Assembly: GCF_963676685.1 (NCBI RefSeq)
Contig: NC_092346.1
Span: 103,478,001-103,542,000, forward strand
Direction of reading: 5' to 3'
DNA: 64,000 nt
DNA from: Mytilus edulis
Taxonomy: Eukaryota
Shown here: positions 1 through 12,272 of the stretch, one piece after another
Layout of the letters: every line of letters starts with the position of its first letter
Position numbering within the stretch: the first letter of the stretch is position 1
Notes under the pieces: model-generated
The model's database searches: none
Told to the model about the DNA's origin: nothing
What the model saw: the letters and a program-made list of their open reading frames with translations, nothing else
Made by a program: the position numbers and the translations under genes

Positions 1-154
1 ATTGATTGTCTCCCATATTACTTTCTATTCCATGTGCATGCAATAACTGTTCAGAGTTCTATTGTCATGTATTTCATTTTATTATTTCATTGTTATAACA
101 AATCATTGTAATCATTGTATGAAATTTAAAACCCGCAAGGGTCCATAATTGGAT

Positions 155-194
155 TAATAAAGTATTCTTATTCTTATTCTTATTCTTATTCTTG
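155..194 (+). repeat. AATAAA followed by (TTATTC)n microsatellite tail, probable 3' end of a non-LTR element
   Basis: aataaaagtattcttattcttattcttattcttattctt; a similar motif occurs near 60930-60960. Confidence 0.45.
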
Positions 195-391
195 ACCTTT
201 ACTTTGATATTGACACAGATTAAAAACATTTTAAAAGGATGATTTTAACTTTCCAATTGTCAATTTACCCATGTCTGAATAGATCTATCTATTTAGTACC
301 ATCATATAATGTGCACATATCTCAATTAATACCTTTAGCTCATGCATGTTGAGTCAGTACAGACTTCATTAATAGGGGTATACTGTAATGA

Positions 392-1330
392 TCCTGTAAA
401 ATCAACACTAAGGCCGGAATTGTCGCATACCGTACGCCAGATTCGCCGTTTCAAGTGTGGCAAATCGACATTTTTGGACCAATAAATCCAATATCTCCAA
501 CAGGAAATCAATATGTTTGCACGGCGATTGACCTTTTTAGTAAGTTTGTATTTGCCGAGGCTATTCCTACCGCCGATACTATTACAGTGTCTGAAGTTTT
601 ATTCAGGATGGTTTCGCAGTTTGGTGTATTTGATACTATAATCAGCGATCAAGGCTCCGAATTCATCAGTAAATGTTTCAAAGAAGTTTGCCGGTTACTA
701 GACATAAATCATGAATACACCCCGAGTTTTGCACATCACTGTCTGGGTGCGTGCGAACGTTCGCATAGAACTTTAGCCGAACGCATGACTCCATACATTG
801 CAGATGGTAAGAACTGGCAAGATTTATTACCTTGTATTCTTTTCTCAATGAACAATACCGTTAACGCCAGTCTAGGATATTCTCCATTTGAGATAGTTTA
901 CGGCAGGAGGCCTAATTTTCCATTAACCGGACATTTTAGACAGGATATAAACACGCTTCCAAACGATTGTCATGAATATGTTCAAAATTTGTGCGCAAGA
1001 TTAGAAATAATTCGATCAGAAGTGAAAGAACATGCATTAACTTCTCAAATAAAAATGGTGGAACGTGTAAATGACAGTTTGAACCCTCTACAGTACGCAG
1101 AACATGATTATGTTTATCTCAGCAAAAATCCTACAGGACAGGGACAAAAACTGAAATACCGTTATGCTGGGCCATATATCATTCATAAAATTCACAGTCC
1201 TCATATGGTAGTTTTGAAGGACCCAGATTCACAAAAATGCCTTCCGAATCCTATTCACATTAATCGGATAAAACCGGCGTACGTGCGTCAACCAAATCCT
1301 GCACAATACTTCATGGATCATTCAAGTTGA
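392..1330 (+). pseudogene. Gypsy-type DDE integrase core with GPY/F motif; N-terminal zinc finger missing
   Basis: WQIDIFGP (D), IISDQGSEF (D), GACERSHRTL (E), YSPFEIVYGR, YAGPYII; frame open from 392 with no ATG before the first catalytic Asp. Confidence 0.9.
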
Positions 1331-1337
1331 AACAAAA

Positions 1338-1820
1338 ATGCATGTAAATACAACCACGGACCAAAATACTGCATCGGACTTCTCTGAAACAAGTGAATTA
1401 TCGAATACGACAGTGTCACATTCTGAAATAAATGACAATGATTCAAATGATACAGAGAACGACACAGGAAAAATTGTGATGAATAACAATTCAAACAATG
1501 CGACAGACGAACAAACAAAAAAGTGCAAAGGGAAAAGTATTCAGTCCCCAATCCGGAAATCAACCCGATTAAAAAAGAAACCAGCTCGGTTTGAAGATGA
1601 AAGTTTCACCGATCCAGGAGACGAAACTGTTTCGAGTGATGAAAATCGTTTTTACAAAGTTAAACGAATACTTGCTAGGAAAATTGTGGACGGAACAATG
1701 AGTTATTTAGTTCATTTCATTGGAGAACCGGCTCAAAATGCCCGTTGGCTAAAGGAGTCCGATTTTGACAAGAAAACCCGTGATTTGATAAACCACCGAC
1801 CACCTCCACAAATTCTTTAA
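1338..1820 (+). pseudogene. Integrase C-terminal linker and chromodomain, frameshifted relative to the core
   Basis: FYKVKRILARKIVDGTMSYLVHFIGEPAQNARWLKESDF matches the chromodomain pattern; different frame from 455-1330. Confidence 0.75.
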
Positions 1821-3046
1821 GTCGTTTTGTGTCCGTGAGGTTTACCTCATGATACACCGTTTTTTTTAATGTTTTATTCAGACGTGAGCGTTTAATTTTA
1901 TGGAACGCTCATATTGTACATATTTGTTGTAAAATTCAAGACAATTGCCAATGCTTGACGAGGATGTTTATTTTGAACCTTTTTGTCCGTGAGATTTATC
2001 TCATGACAATTTATTAATCTGTGTACAGCGATGTTTTTCTTGAACTTATTGTCCGTGAGATTTATCTCATGACAATGCCCTTTGATGATGGTACAACGAC
2101 TTTTTCTGGCGAACTTTTCATGTTTTTGTCCGTGGGATTTATCTCATGACAATCCGTTACTATGATATGCTAAACACTTGTGCATTTTTATACATGTAGC
2201 TTTTTTATTTCAATTTCATTTACATAAGTATCATCTAGTCATTAATATTTGATTTATTTAATTTTGTAACATAATAGCAGAAAGATGGTACTGCGTTTTC
2301 AGATTTGTAATTCAATAATTATTTTCTAGGAAGAATGCCGAATTTTGTATCTTTATATTGAACATCGATCTTTACTATTTTTGAAATATGTTGATGAGAT
2401 CGTATGAATATGGTTCATTTTGTATTTAGTGGATTTTTAAGGAAACACGATAGTGATATACAGTTTCATTAGCAAACAAATTGAGGAAAATGTAGAGAGA
2501 ATTTTTTTTTTTGGTTTTTTTTTTTTTTTTTTTGCATTGTATAAAGACGGAAATCTGTAGTTAACGTCCTTTTGGAACTTTTATGACGATTGTATTATCT
2601 AGGATCTATGTTAGTGATATCGAAATAATTTCATAAATAAACCCCGTGAATTGTATCTTTCTGATATGTTTTATCTGTTAGCAATTTTATATTTTTTTTA
2701 TGAGAGTGTGTGTGCGTAAATGGGTTTGGTGCACCATGATTCTGTGAGAGACAGTTGATATATTTTTTTGAAACTTGCAACTTATGAAATGTGATCATTA
2801 TAGGACATCTTCACAATATTGTAAGAGTTAGGGGCTCTGTTGAATTTATTACTCAATGATACATGTATCACGAAACAATTTCGGATCTGTAAAAATATAT
2901 TTAACTACTAACTTTCAAAAGTTGAGATTTCGCAACGTCAGATAATTGTAATTTTTCATGCTGTGTTTTGAGATGGTATATGAGTTGGTGCATATATATT
3001 GTAAAGCGAATTCAACCCTGAGCAAAATTTACATTTTTCTTTTGTC

Positions 3047-3246
3047 GGGGGGGATGTAATATATATAGGGGGTTGAATCCGCGTTTCCGGAAATACTGTT
3101 CAGTCCGTATATGATTTTGTTATATACATGTATGTAATCGTAATCACATGTACTGTCTCTTTTTCGTTTTGCAAGTGCCATTAAAGGACGTAATTTTATT
3201 AGCTGTTGATATTTTGCCTCTCGCACCCCCATACAGGATCATTACA
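3047..3246 (+). repeat. Polypurine tract (3047-3054) and 3' LTR (3055-3246, ~192 bp)
   Basis: GGGGGGGA immediately followed by TGTAAT...ATTACA; ATTAAA near 3180. Confidence 0.75.
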
Positions 3247-4043
3247 ATACTCCTGACTACTTAAAACAGGCCGCAGATTTTAAAGGGATTTTAAACTTAT
3301 TAGTCGGCAACAATATCAAAACATCATGGCAAAAGTTGAAGAGCAGTGTATGACAAACAAAATCCTACAAAACACTACATAGGAATCTAAAGATCAACAC
3401 GACCCTTACTGAAAACCAGGGGGTTATCTCAAGTGCCCACGGAAGGTTTAGCAGATTCGGTTCTAATTGTGACACTGAAGTGTCGAACGTGGAAATTAAG
3501 ATTTGGTGACATGTACTAAATTATGAGGAAGAACTGGCAACTGAAATAGACACAAAATAAGTGTTTATATCACCATATCAAGAATAATGTTACCTTTATA
3601 TGTTGTGACCCAACTCACTAGCAATATCTTTTCGCAAACTACAAATATATATTGCCAATAACCCAGACATCTAGTAGGGTACTGGTTTTAATATTTATTA
3701 AAACAATATACATTGATAAAACTCATAAGCATAAGCATAAATAAAATCATAACAATTATTAATAAGAAAATGTATTTGAGAGAGAAAGAAATGGCAAACT
3801 CGTTATCATCGACAATCCCGCTGGTCAGGAAAAACCAACTAAAACGAGTGAAATCGTGGAAAAAAGTTGGAAACCTGTGTCTAAACCTATTAAATGCTTT
3901 GATAGTAAAAGTCTATTATTATTAAAAAAAATAAAATTCCATTTTTAAATAATAATTAAACAAAAACTTAACATTTCTTAACAAGTTTTCATGCTATTCC
4001 TTGAAATGAGGGAAACTTTTGTATCATAATTAAAAATGCATAA

Positions 4044-4345
4044 GGGAGCTACCATTTGATTTTTATGGGGGGGGGGGGGGGGGGGGGGGGGGGCTAGGAT
4101 GAAAAATTTTGTCCTGCATTTTTTTTTAGCTATAATCTCTGTCCTGCCTTTTTATTTTTCACTCTGTTCGGTCCTGCCTTTTTTTTTTAGTTTATCCCGA
4201 CTTTTTTTTACCTTAATTGTCGTCCTGACTTTTTTTTTTTGCAAGTGTCTCATCCTGCCTTTTTTTTTACTCAAAACTCCTGTCCTGCCTATTTTTTTCA
4301 AATTTCATCCTAGCCCCCCCCCATAAAAATCAAATGGTAGCTCCC
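4044..4345. mobile_element. PIF/Harbinger (Tourist-like) MITE
   Basis: TIR GGGAGCTACCATTTGATTTTTATGGGG / CCCCATAAAAATCAAATGGTAGCTCCC; TAA TSD; same family at 56664-56836. Confidence 0.85.
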
Positions 4346-6249
4346 TAAATGACACTACCTGCCTCCCTAATGTTTTTATAAAAATTAGCCAGTGAACATG
4401 TTCATGCTGTCTGGTTGTTATAAAAAAACCCACAAGAAAACTATTGTCCAGCTTGTACAATTTTGTGTGAGGCATATACCTATACAAACAAAATAAGCAG
4501 TAGTCCGGTTAAATTTAAATTGGTACTATGAAGCAGAGAGGAGCATAAGTTAAGGATCAAAATAAGCTAAAAATATTGATGATTGTTGAACTCCTTTTCA
4601 AGATATTTGATATCTAATACATGTATTTAAAAAATGATGGGAAATGGCTGACTCAGCATTGGCATTCTTTGGGTGTAAAATCTTAAGAAAAAGAAATATA
4701 GAATCTGCTTAGATTTTGGTAAATGACCTTTTATGAAATTTTGAAGTCTTAAATATGAAAAGAAAAGTGGGTGATATAGTGCAAAATATTTTACACTGAA
4801 TAATAGGAAGAAACCATAGGAGTTCAAAAATGATAATCTGACAAAAATTCCTAAACCTGATGTGACTGCTTCTTTAAAAGGGTTTCAAATTTCATGAATT
4901 TTATTTTAACACTAGAAAATAAAAATTCATAGGATATGATTTTAGTAAATATAAAGTTTCATAACAGTTTTGACATAGCAAATCAATTTGGAATTATAAG
5001 CAGCTCATACTTATATATAAATTTTCATAACAATCTTCGCACAAAAAGAATATTTCTAACAAATACTAAGTTTAATTCATCAAATTTGACACTGGAAATC
5101 TATTTGTCATAGCATAGTGTATCTATATAGATGTATAATTTATTGTGTGTATATATATGTATTTTGATTATAATCTCAGCACTGTTTTGATTTTTTTTTT
5201 TAACAAAAACTATGTTTTTACTGTAATGGATTATTCCCCTTTTTTATCCTTACTTATCACTAAGTATTATAAGCTTTAACAATGACAAAATAGAAAATAG
5301 ATAAAAAAAAAAAATGATTACATTGTGTTAAAACAAAGGAAAATAGATATTTTTGTTCACAAATTATGATGTTGTAATTTGCATACAGATTAATTAACTA
5401 ATGAAGCTGTAACTGTATATCAGAAGAAGAAATACAATGAAAACATGCAATAAGGTTTTTTTGCAAGATACAGAGCTCATGCATCAATGAAACAGATTTT
5501 TTTGCACTAGGTTTGTTATGATAAATGAACTATTTCATACTATTTGGTGCCATATACAGTACCTTATGCTTCTATTCAAATATATATGGTGTTATTTTAA
5601 GTACTTATAAATAGTAAAATCTAGCTGGTGTCATATAAGTATTTTATGCTTCTGTTCAAATCTATTTTGTGCCATATTTTAAAAGTACCATGTTCTAGTA
5701 AATTCTATAGGTGCCTTATAATTACTTTTATTTCAATGATATTATGATTATTTATATTTACAAATGTTAATAAACAAACTGATATTGTTACACAGTTTGT
5801 TCTTATGAATTCATAGAAGACTGATTGATTGGTGTTTAAAGCCACTATCAGCTCTGTTGCCTTCCTTATGGCAGGATGAAAGGAGAGTGCAGAGAAGACA
5901 GAAGTATTGGTAGGAAGTTTGAGTTGAACACCTGCTACGTGGATAATTCATATTAAATTTCTTTATTCATTTGAATGGTCTATGAAAGATTCATTTATGA
6001 TAATTGTAAATCTTTTATAACAATATGTCAGGGATTGCTTGAGTATTTATCGATGTTTGCATGTTTTAATTTCTAGGACACCTTCATCAGAATAAGAACT
6101 ACAGATGAGTACAAAATGGTGAAGTGATAATTCGCACTTCAAAGTGTCAACAGGGGGAATAATCATCAATAGAAAATGAAAGTAGGTATGAAAGTAAACT
6201 TTAAAAAGAATGTTAAATAAAATTTGTTTAAAAGCGTTTAATTAATTTT

Positions 6250-6455
6250 GCAGAGGTACATGCTTCCAATTGGCTTCGCTCAGAGTTACATGCCTCTAAT
6301 TGGGACCGCTCTGCCAGTGGTACATTACTTCCAATTGGCGTTAGCAGACAGAGATATATATATGCACTGCTTCCAATTGGCTTCGCAAGGACAGAGGGTA
6401 CACTCCCAATTAGCTTCACTAAGAGGTACATGCTTCCAATTGGCTTCGCTCAGAC
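6250..6455. repeat. Degenerate 30-35 bp minisatellite
   Basis: Repeats of gaggtacatgcttccaattggcttcgc. Confidence 0.7.
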
Positions 6456-6557
6456 AACCGTACATACTTCTTCAAGTGTTGAAAAGGGTACGGGACTGCA
6501 AGTCTGTACTATTTTCAATGTAGTAAATGATACATAATTGCAAGTAAAATGTCGTCC

Positions 6558-7141
6558 AAAGGAGTAGGTCCAGTAAGATCCCTTTTTGGCCCCAAAATAT
6601 AGCCGTTTTACAAAATTGTCTAAATGTAAACTTTTAGTTATTTATTGGACAGTAAAATGCTTCTGCTACATAAATATGGGCTGTTTTTGACAACACAATG
6701 CACATATATCGGGTACTAGCACCATTAAGTCATATTAAATTACTGAAAACTTCACAATTCTAGCATTTTAAATAAATTTTAGACGGTTTTCGTGTAAAAC
6801 GAAAGTGGCCGCATTCGTGTTCATCCTTAATATTGAAATGTAAATTGTATTTTATGATAATACATAACATATATAAAGGTTGAGGATGAACACGAATGCG
6901 GCCACTTTCATTTTTGACAAAAATCATCTGAAAAGTGACATTTTTCAGCATATTTGGTAGATTTTTCATATTTCAGCTTGAATCGATGCGTTTTTTATGA
7001 CAAAATCAGTTAAAATCTTTCACATAAACTAATTGATTCAAATAAAATAGACACTTAAGTGTTTAAAAAGTGGTCAAAATCTTTCGTTAGATGAACCTGA
7101 AATTTGAGGCCAAAATCAGCCCTTACTGGACCTACTCCTTT
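6558..7141. mobile_element. Non-autonomous TIR element with internal palindrome
   Basis: AAAGGAGTAGGTCCAGTAAG / CTTACTGGACCTACTCCTTT; internal IR aaagtggccgcattcgtgttcatcct (~6802) / aggatgaacacgaatgcggccacttt (~6882). Confidence 0.8.
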
Positions 7142-7989
7142 ATAAAAAAAAACATATTTTAATTAACTTTCTTGATCCCGTTAACTTTCACATCTACTTT
7201 CACTCCCTATATATAATTTCCCCTGATGATGACATTGTGAAATACAAATTTTCTTTTCAGGCTTTAGTATACCTCTGTAGTTTCAATTCTGATAAAGGTG
7301 CCATAGGAACCAAACTATGTCTATCTTATCAAATCACTGCAGCAATCCCTAAAATCTCATTTTATTCTGTGATTTATCAAAACCAAACCTTTCATACATG
7401 AATCACTTTCAGATTATATCGTATTGGATTTTTGGATTGATTGATTGTTGGTTGCTTTACATCCAGTGTCATATATTGCATGCATGTTCAGGACGAAGTT
7501 TTGGATAGAAGATGAAAATGGACAAATAAACAAACGTTATCCTCTTTAACTGATCATTACAAATTAAACAAAGAAAAATCTTATCTTGCAGGTTCCTTTA
7601 ACTGATCATTACAAATTAAACAAAGAAAAATCTCATCTTGCAGGTTTCTTTAATTAATATTTATGTTAGATTTCAAAATATCACTTAAAAAATTGAAATG
7701 GTTGTCCGAGGGGAGGGGGCTATTTTCAAATCACACTTAAATATTTCATGAATGGGCAGACTAGAAATGTTGAATAATCTTGTCAATTAACAAACTAAAA
7801 ATGGCACATCAGATAAAATAAAAAGGTTGATACAATAAAACTACATAAAATTACATAAATGAATATTCATTAATTAAACAGTAATTTACCTATATACCTT
7901 ATTAACAAAGGGAGCATTACACACTAAAGATTACTAACTGTAAGCATATTTAATTTGAACTCATCTATGCATTTATATCAGTCAAACGG

Positions 7990-8410
7990 GCCTCTACCGG
8001 TAGTTTTTAGTTCATTCGGGATAAACCTCATTATCTTCAGCATAGGAATATAAGTTCATATTGTGACTTCTGACGATTTCATCAATACGTTTTAAAAAAA
8101 CCAAAGAGTACATTTACAATCCTAATAGAGATCCTTGTGGAACACCAAAATGTAGCTGCATATCATCATTATCAATATTTATTAGAGATAAGTTATGTTC
8201 TGTTGTTTCAGTAAAATCTAATCCATGAAAGGGCATTATCAAATATTCTGTAGGAGTATTCAAGATGTTCAATCAGAATCAGCTGGTCAATAAATTCAAA
8301 TGCAGCACATAAGTCTAACATTACAAGAGAAAGCACAACAGTTGTTATCAAGTGCTAGCACAATGTTGTCATGAACTTTATTGAAAGCTGTGTCCTTTAA
8401 ATGTCAACAT
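7990..8410 (-). pseudogene. Old L2/CR1-group LINE reverse transcriptase remnant
   Basis: Minus strand gives LDLCAAF, HFGVPQGSL and YSYAED (degenerate YADD), with stops. Confidence 0.65.
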
Positions 8411-9061
8411 GCACGGTTGGCCAACTGTATGTCAACATTAAGACAAAAATTCTTTTATGCAGTCACAGTAATAATGGTAACGATAGACTGAAAAAGAATT
8501 AAGACATTTTCAATTTTTCTGGCATATTACATAAGCGGGAGGATTGGTTATAGCCATAACACCAGGTTCCACCCATATTTATTTCTTAAAATGTCCTGTA
8601 CCTAGTCAGGAATATGGCAGTTGATATCAAATAGTCAGATTCTATGTATGTTTGTTTTTGTTGCACTTCATCCTTCTGTTGTTCTGCTGATATGCTTTTT
8701 TTGTAACCCGGATTCGTTTTCTCTCGACCAATTTCTGACTTTTGAACAGCAGTATTTATATACTATTAATGTCTTTATTTCAGAGATTTAAATTGGGAAT
8801 TACAAAAAAAGGTAAAGTTTTCATCAAATATTCTTAAAGTGATCCATATTATACATATTGAACAGCAGGTTTTTATAATGTTTTTATAACCAAGAAAAAA
8901 CTTTTAACCAAACAAACTTTCCATAACAAAAGAAAGAGACACTTCCTTAAATAATTTTTTTGCCTTCCTAAATCTTGGTCCATCCTTTCAAAAAACGTTA
9001 GATTGTAAGAAGATTATAAAAACCCTGATCATGTACATGCTCTTTAAATACAAACAATTTA

Positions 9062-9420
9062 TTTAAGAATTGAATGCTTCTTTTTGCAACTTCATTGGGG
9101 TGTAAAGCGTTACCGGAGTACATTTTGTTTCCGCGCTTCATTCTAACAAGAGTGCACACGGTCAACACTTTTACAACCCTATGAAGTTACAAAAAGAAGC
9201 ATTCAATACTTATAATTACATTTTTTAGCAAGGATCATGAAAACACGATTTTTATCAAGTTTTTATTTATTTACCTGTGCACTTTATAGTGGGACCAAGT
9301 GTCATCATGAATGATAAATTTTATTGTGTAATGAGTTGCATAAGGAATAACGCTAGAATGCAGTGTAGCCAATCAAAATAACGTATTATAATGAAACATA
9401 AATCTAATGTTATTATAAAT
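9062..9420. repeat. Interspersed repeat with a long terminal hairpin
   Basis: Arms ~9065-9106 and ~9169-9211 are near-perfect reverse complements. Confidence 0.55.
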
Positions 9421-10004
9421 CTTTGTAACAGCTATTTCTTACCTTAAAAATCAATGCCAATGGTTATTTCCAACATGAATCCTTATGGACAAGCTGTAAT
9501 GCTGTACCCTGGAATATGAAATGTCTTGGTCAATCAAAATTGTTTATAATACCTCTGTTGGTATATTTATGTACATGATATAGAAATAAGTGATTTATAA
9601 TATTTCAAGGTAAAAGGAGAAACACATCAATGTGGCCTAAAAAGTAAAATGATAAGTCATTCGAAATTGTTTAAAAAAAATCAGTGTTCAAATATTGTAG
9701 GTATATTATTGGGGCTTCCTTTAATTTTTGTGGAGATCAATTTCAATGGATTGAGGACCAGTTGTATTTTTGTTGGTAACGATTCTCATGGATTGATGGA
9801 CAGTTATATTTTTGTGGGTAACAATTTCCATTTATTCAGAAACATTTGTATTTTTGTAGGAATTTGATTGTGTTTTGCCAAAAAAATCTGCATGCAAGCC
9901 TATAGAAAATTTGCACTCTGTTTATTATTTATATTTGTTGTTCACCTATAGCCACAAAAATTCGTTCATGAAGAATAAAATTCTGCAAGTTTTGTATATC
10001 TTAA

Positions 10005-12196
10005 CCCTTTCGCTGCCAAATAAATTGTTAACAAAACCCCTTCAGTGCCAATGCTTTTGTTGATTGTCTTAACAAGACCGCAAAAACGTCGACGTCATAG
10101 TAAAGGTATAATAGCGCCAAAAGATGTTAACTGCAAGTGGCGGGTAATTAAACTTTTTTTACTAATAGTCCATTTTCTTACATATAATACCGATTTTTGA
10201 CTCCGAAGTTATAATATTTTAGACAAGTTACGTGTAATAAGATATTCTGGTCCCGGTTCTAGTAAAAGCAACAAGATACGGTAATTTTTTTTTTTTTTAG
10301 GGAGGGGTCACTGTTTTATGTTTTCCATGAAACATGACAAACTAATTGCACCGATTTTAAGTTTGACTTTACTTCTTTTAGTTGCCTTCACTTGAACTAA
10401 TATCAGAAATTCCCTACTGTAGAGACGGTAACCTGTTAAAAAATCATATACTCCCGAGTCAAAGTTCGGTAATACGAAAAGAGATAATGCAAATTAATTT
10501 GTCACTACTTATAAATTAAAGAAAGTTTGTGATTATTTTGTGTGAACAACTTCATTATATGAGCTAGATACAAAATTCAAGATTCATATTAACATTTCTC
10601 AAGAAAGATATGTTATTCGTCGGTGTTACATCGTCTGTCGTGTTTCTTATATTTACTACATGGTTTATGAACAATTTTACGACAGAGAGCACACATGCAT
10701 ATACATGTTTCGGCCCTTTCCTGCAACCAGGGACATTTCGTACAGAACATACAGAACACTCTCTTCTTTTCGACCCGGCAATTTTCTCAAATGTCGTTTT
10801 GTTCTTATTATATGATCTTCGGAAATGTCATCAAACAATTAATTGTATAAAATAAAGACCTGATCGAACATTGTCAGAGTTCTTTTAATAGGAATTTTCT
10901 ATCGTATCTTAATATTAAAAATAATGTGTTCATTAATTCTTGACAACCGTACAATAATAATTTACTGTGATTGTAATTTTGAATGTATAATTGTTCACAA
11001 AGTTTTCATGTTGTTTGCGGTTTTGCTATCTTTTATTTTGGAAGACAAATAGAAGAAGGGATAAATAATAAATGAGTACAGACATGCACCGATCAAAGAA
11101 CATGTAGTTTACTAGGAAACATGTTACATGTTATTGTATCAATTAAAAGTGTCATGTTGACCTGGAATATTAATTTGGCCGGCACAATCCGGCAATACTC
11201 TTTTTTTACGATGCTATACAGGACATTGCATTTTCACACGATAAATACAATATTAAATATTTTCCTTGTATCTCTTGTATTATTCATGTTTAACTGTTTT
11301 GCCTTTGAAATTTATATAAAAGTATGCCGTATAAAGCCTAGAAAAATTAAACGCAGCAAAACAAAAAAAAAATTAACGAAATTTATTCCATGCATTAAAA
11401 TTCTCTGGTGGCGTTTTAATGGAACATGGGCATAAATGTATATTATCAAGACAAATTTCTTCGTCGAATGAATTGTGAAAATCAGCACGATATAGGCAAT
11501 GGTTTTGAAATTTCCCTGCAGTATTCTTTTATATGGCCTACATTCTGGTTAAATAATGTGTGATCCCTCACTCAGGAGGATAACCACGGATAAGGATTAG
11601 CAATAATCCGATGGATTCGTTATAAACGAATCACGTCATTAACATGTCGTGCACTTTTTGCGTACGTTTCATCTTTTTAAGTTTTTGATTTTTTTTGCGC
11701 TTTTTCTAATCCGTTCTTTGTAAAGGTATTTGAATAACTTCTATCTTCTATATTTTATGTATGTAAAATTTTATTTTTATTATATTCTTACAATTTTGGA
11801 AAGTAAATGCTTAAAAACTTTAGGCAGTTTAGGAAAGTAAGCCTAGAATATATAAATATACTAAATGGCCTACTGCAATAGCGTCGGGAAAAAAGAGTGG
11901 ATTTGAAACTCTATAGTTCTAAATATTATATAATTTTATATATATTTATAAACGCATCCTTACGTAATTTTATTTTCATAAATTTCATAAAAAAGCTCCC
12001 CTTTCATATCTTTTAATATTGGTAAAAAAACGCGCGAATGTTTCAAGACGGAGGAATTAAATTTATCACTAAAACGGCGACGTCATAGTACATTACGTAG
12101 TTCATAACATCATTTCAATCGGCCGATGAATCGGCCCTTTGGCACTAAAAGGAGTATGACTTTGGGCCGATCATCGGCCCTATGGCACAGAACTCG
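10005..12196. mobile_element. Possible TTAA-flanked (piggyBac-like) non-autonomous element
   Basis: TTAA|CCCTTTCGCTGCCAAA at left; two inverted copies of the TGCCA motif before TTAA at 12197-12200; CpG-richer than flanks; no transposase seen. Confidence 0.4.
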
Positions 12197-12272
12197 TTAA
12201 ATCGATTTTTACATATATCCCTATTGGTAAATCAATTTCCCCAAATTAAGTTAAGAGGGGGGGGTCAGTGAA

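Larger units (their letters stand above)
384..3246 (+). mobile_element. Gypsy/Metaviridae LTR-retrotransposon derivative (integrase + chromodomain, PPT, 3' LTR) with inverted 15-bp termini and 4-bp TSD
   Basis: TGTAATGATCCTGTA at 384-398; TACAGGATCATTACA at 3232-3246; ATAC at 380-383 and 3247-3250; integrase and chromodomain ORFs inside. Confidence 0.9.
200..3320 (+). pseudogene. Degenerate Penelope-like RT fragment (about 200-383 and 3247-3320), interrupted by the Gypsy insertion
   Basis: Translates in pieces as KDDFNFPIVNLP, HISQLI and DFINRGILLT; the last motif reads through only after removing 384-3246 plus one ATAC copy. Confidence 0.55.

Noticed and set aside
1829-2152. Mini-CRISPR
   Set aside because: Lies within a retrotransposon 3' UTR, spacer lengths are irregular and partly similar to each other, eukaryotic context
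384-3246. Canonical autonomous Ginger transposon
   Set aside because: Retains a PPT and full 3' LTR, TIR is only 15 bp, and the integrase lacks its start and zinc finger
4099-4326. Hydrophobic small ORFs here and at 30051-30382, 28490-28714, 29539-29721, 38492-38740
   Set aside because: They lie inside MITE or HINE low-complexity sequence
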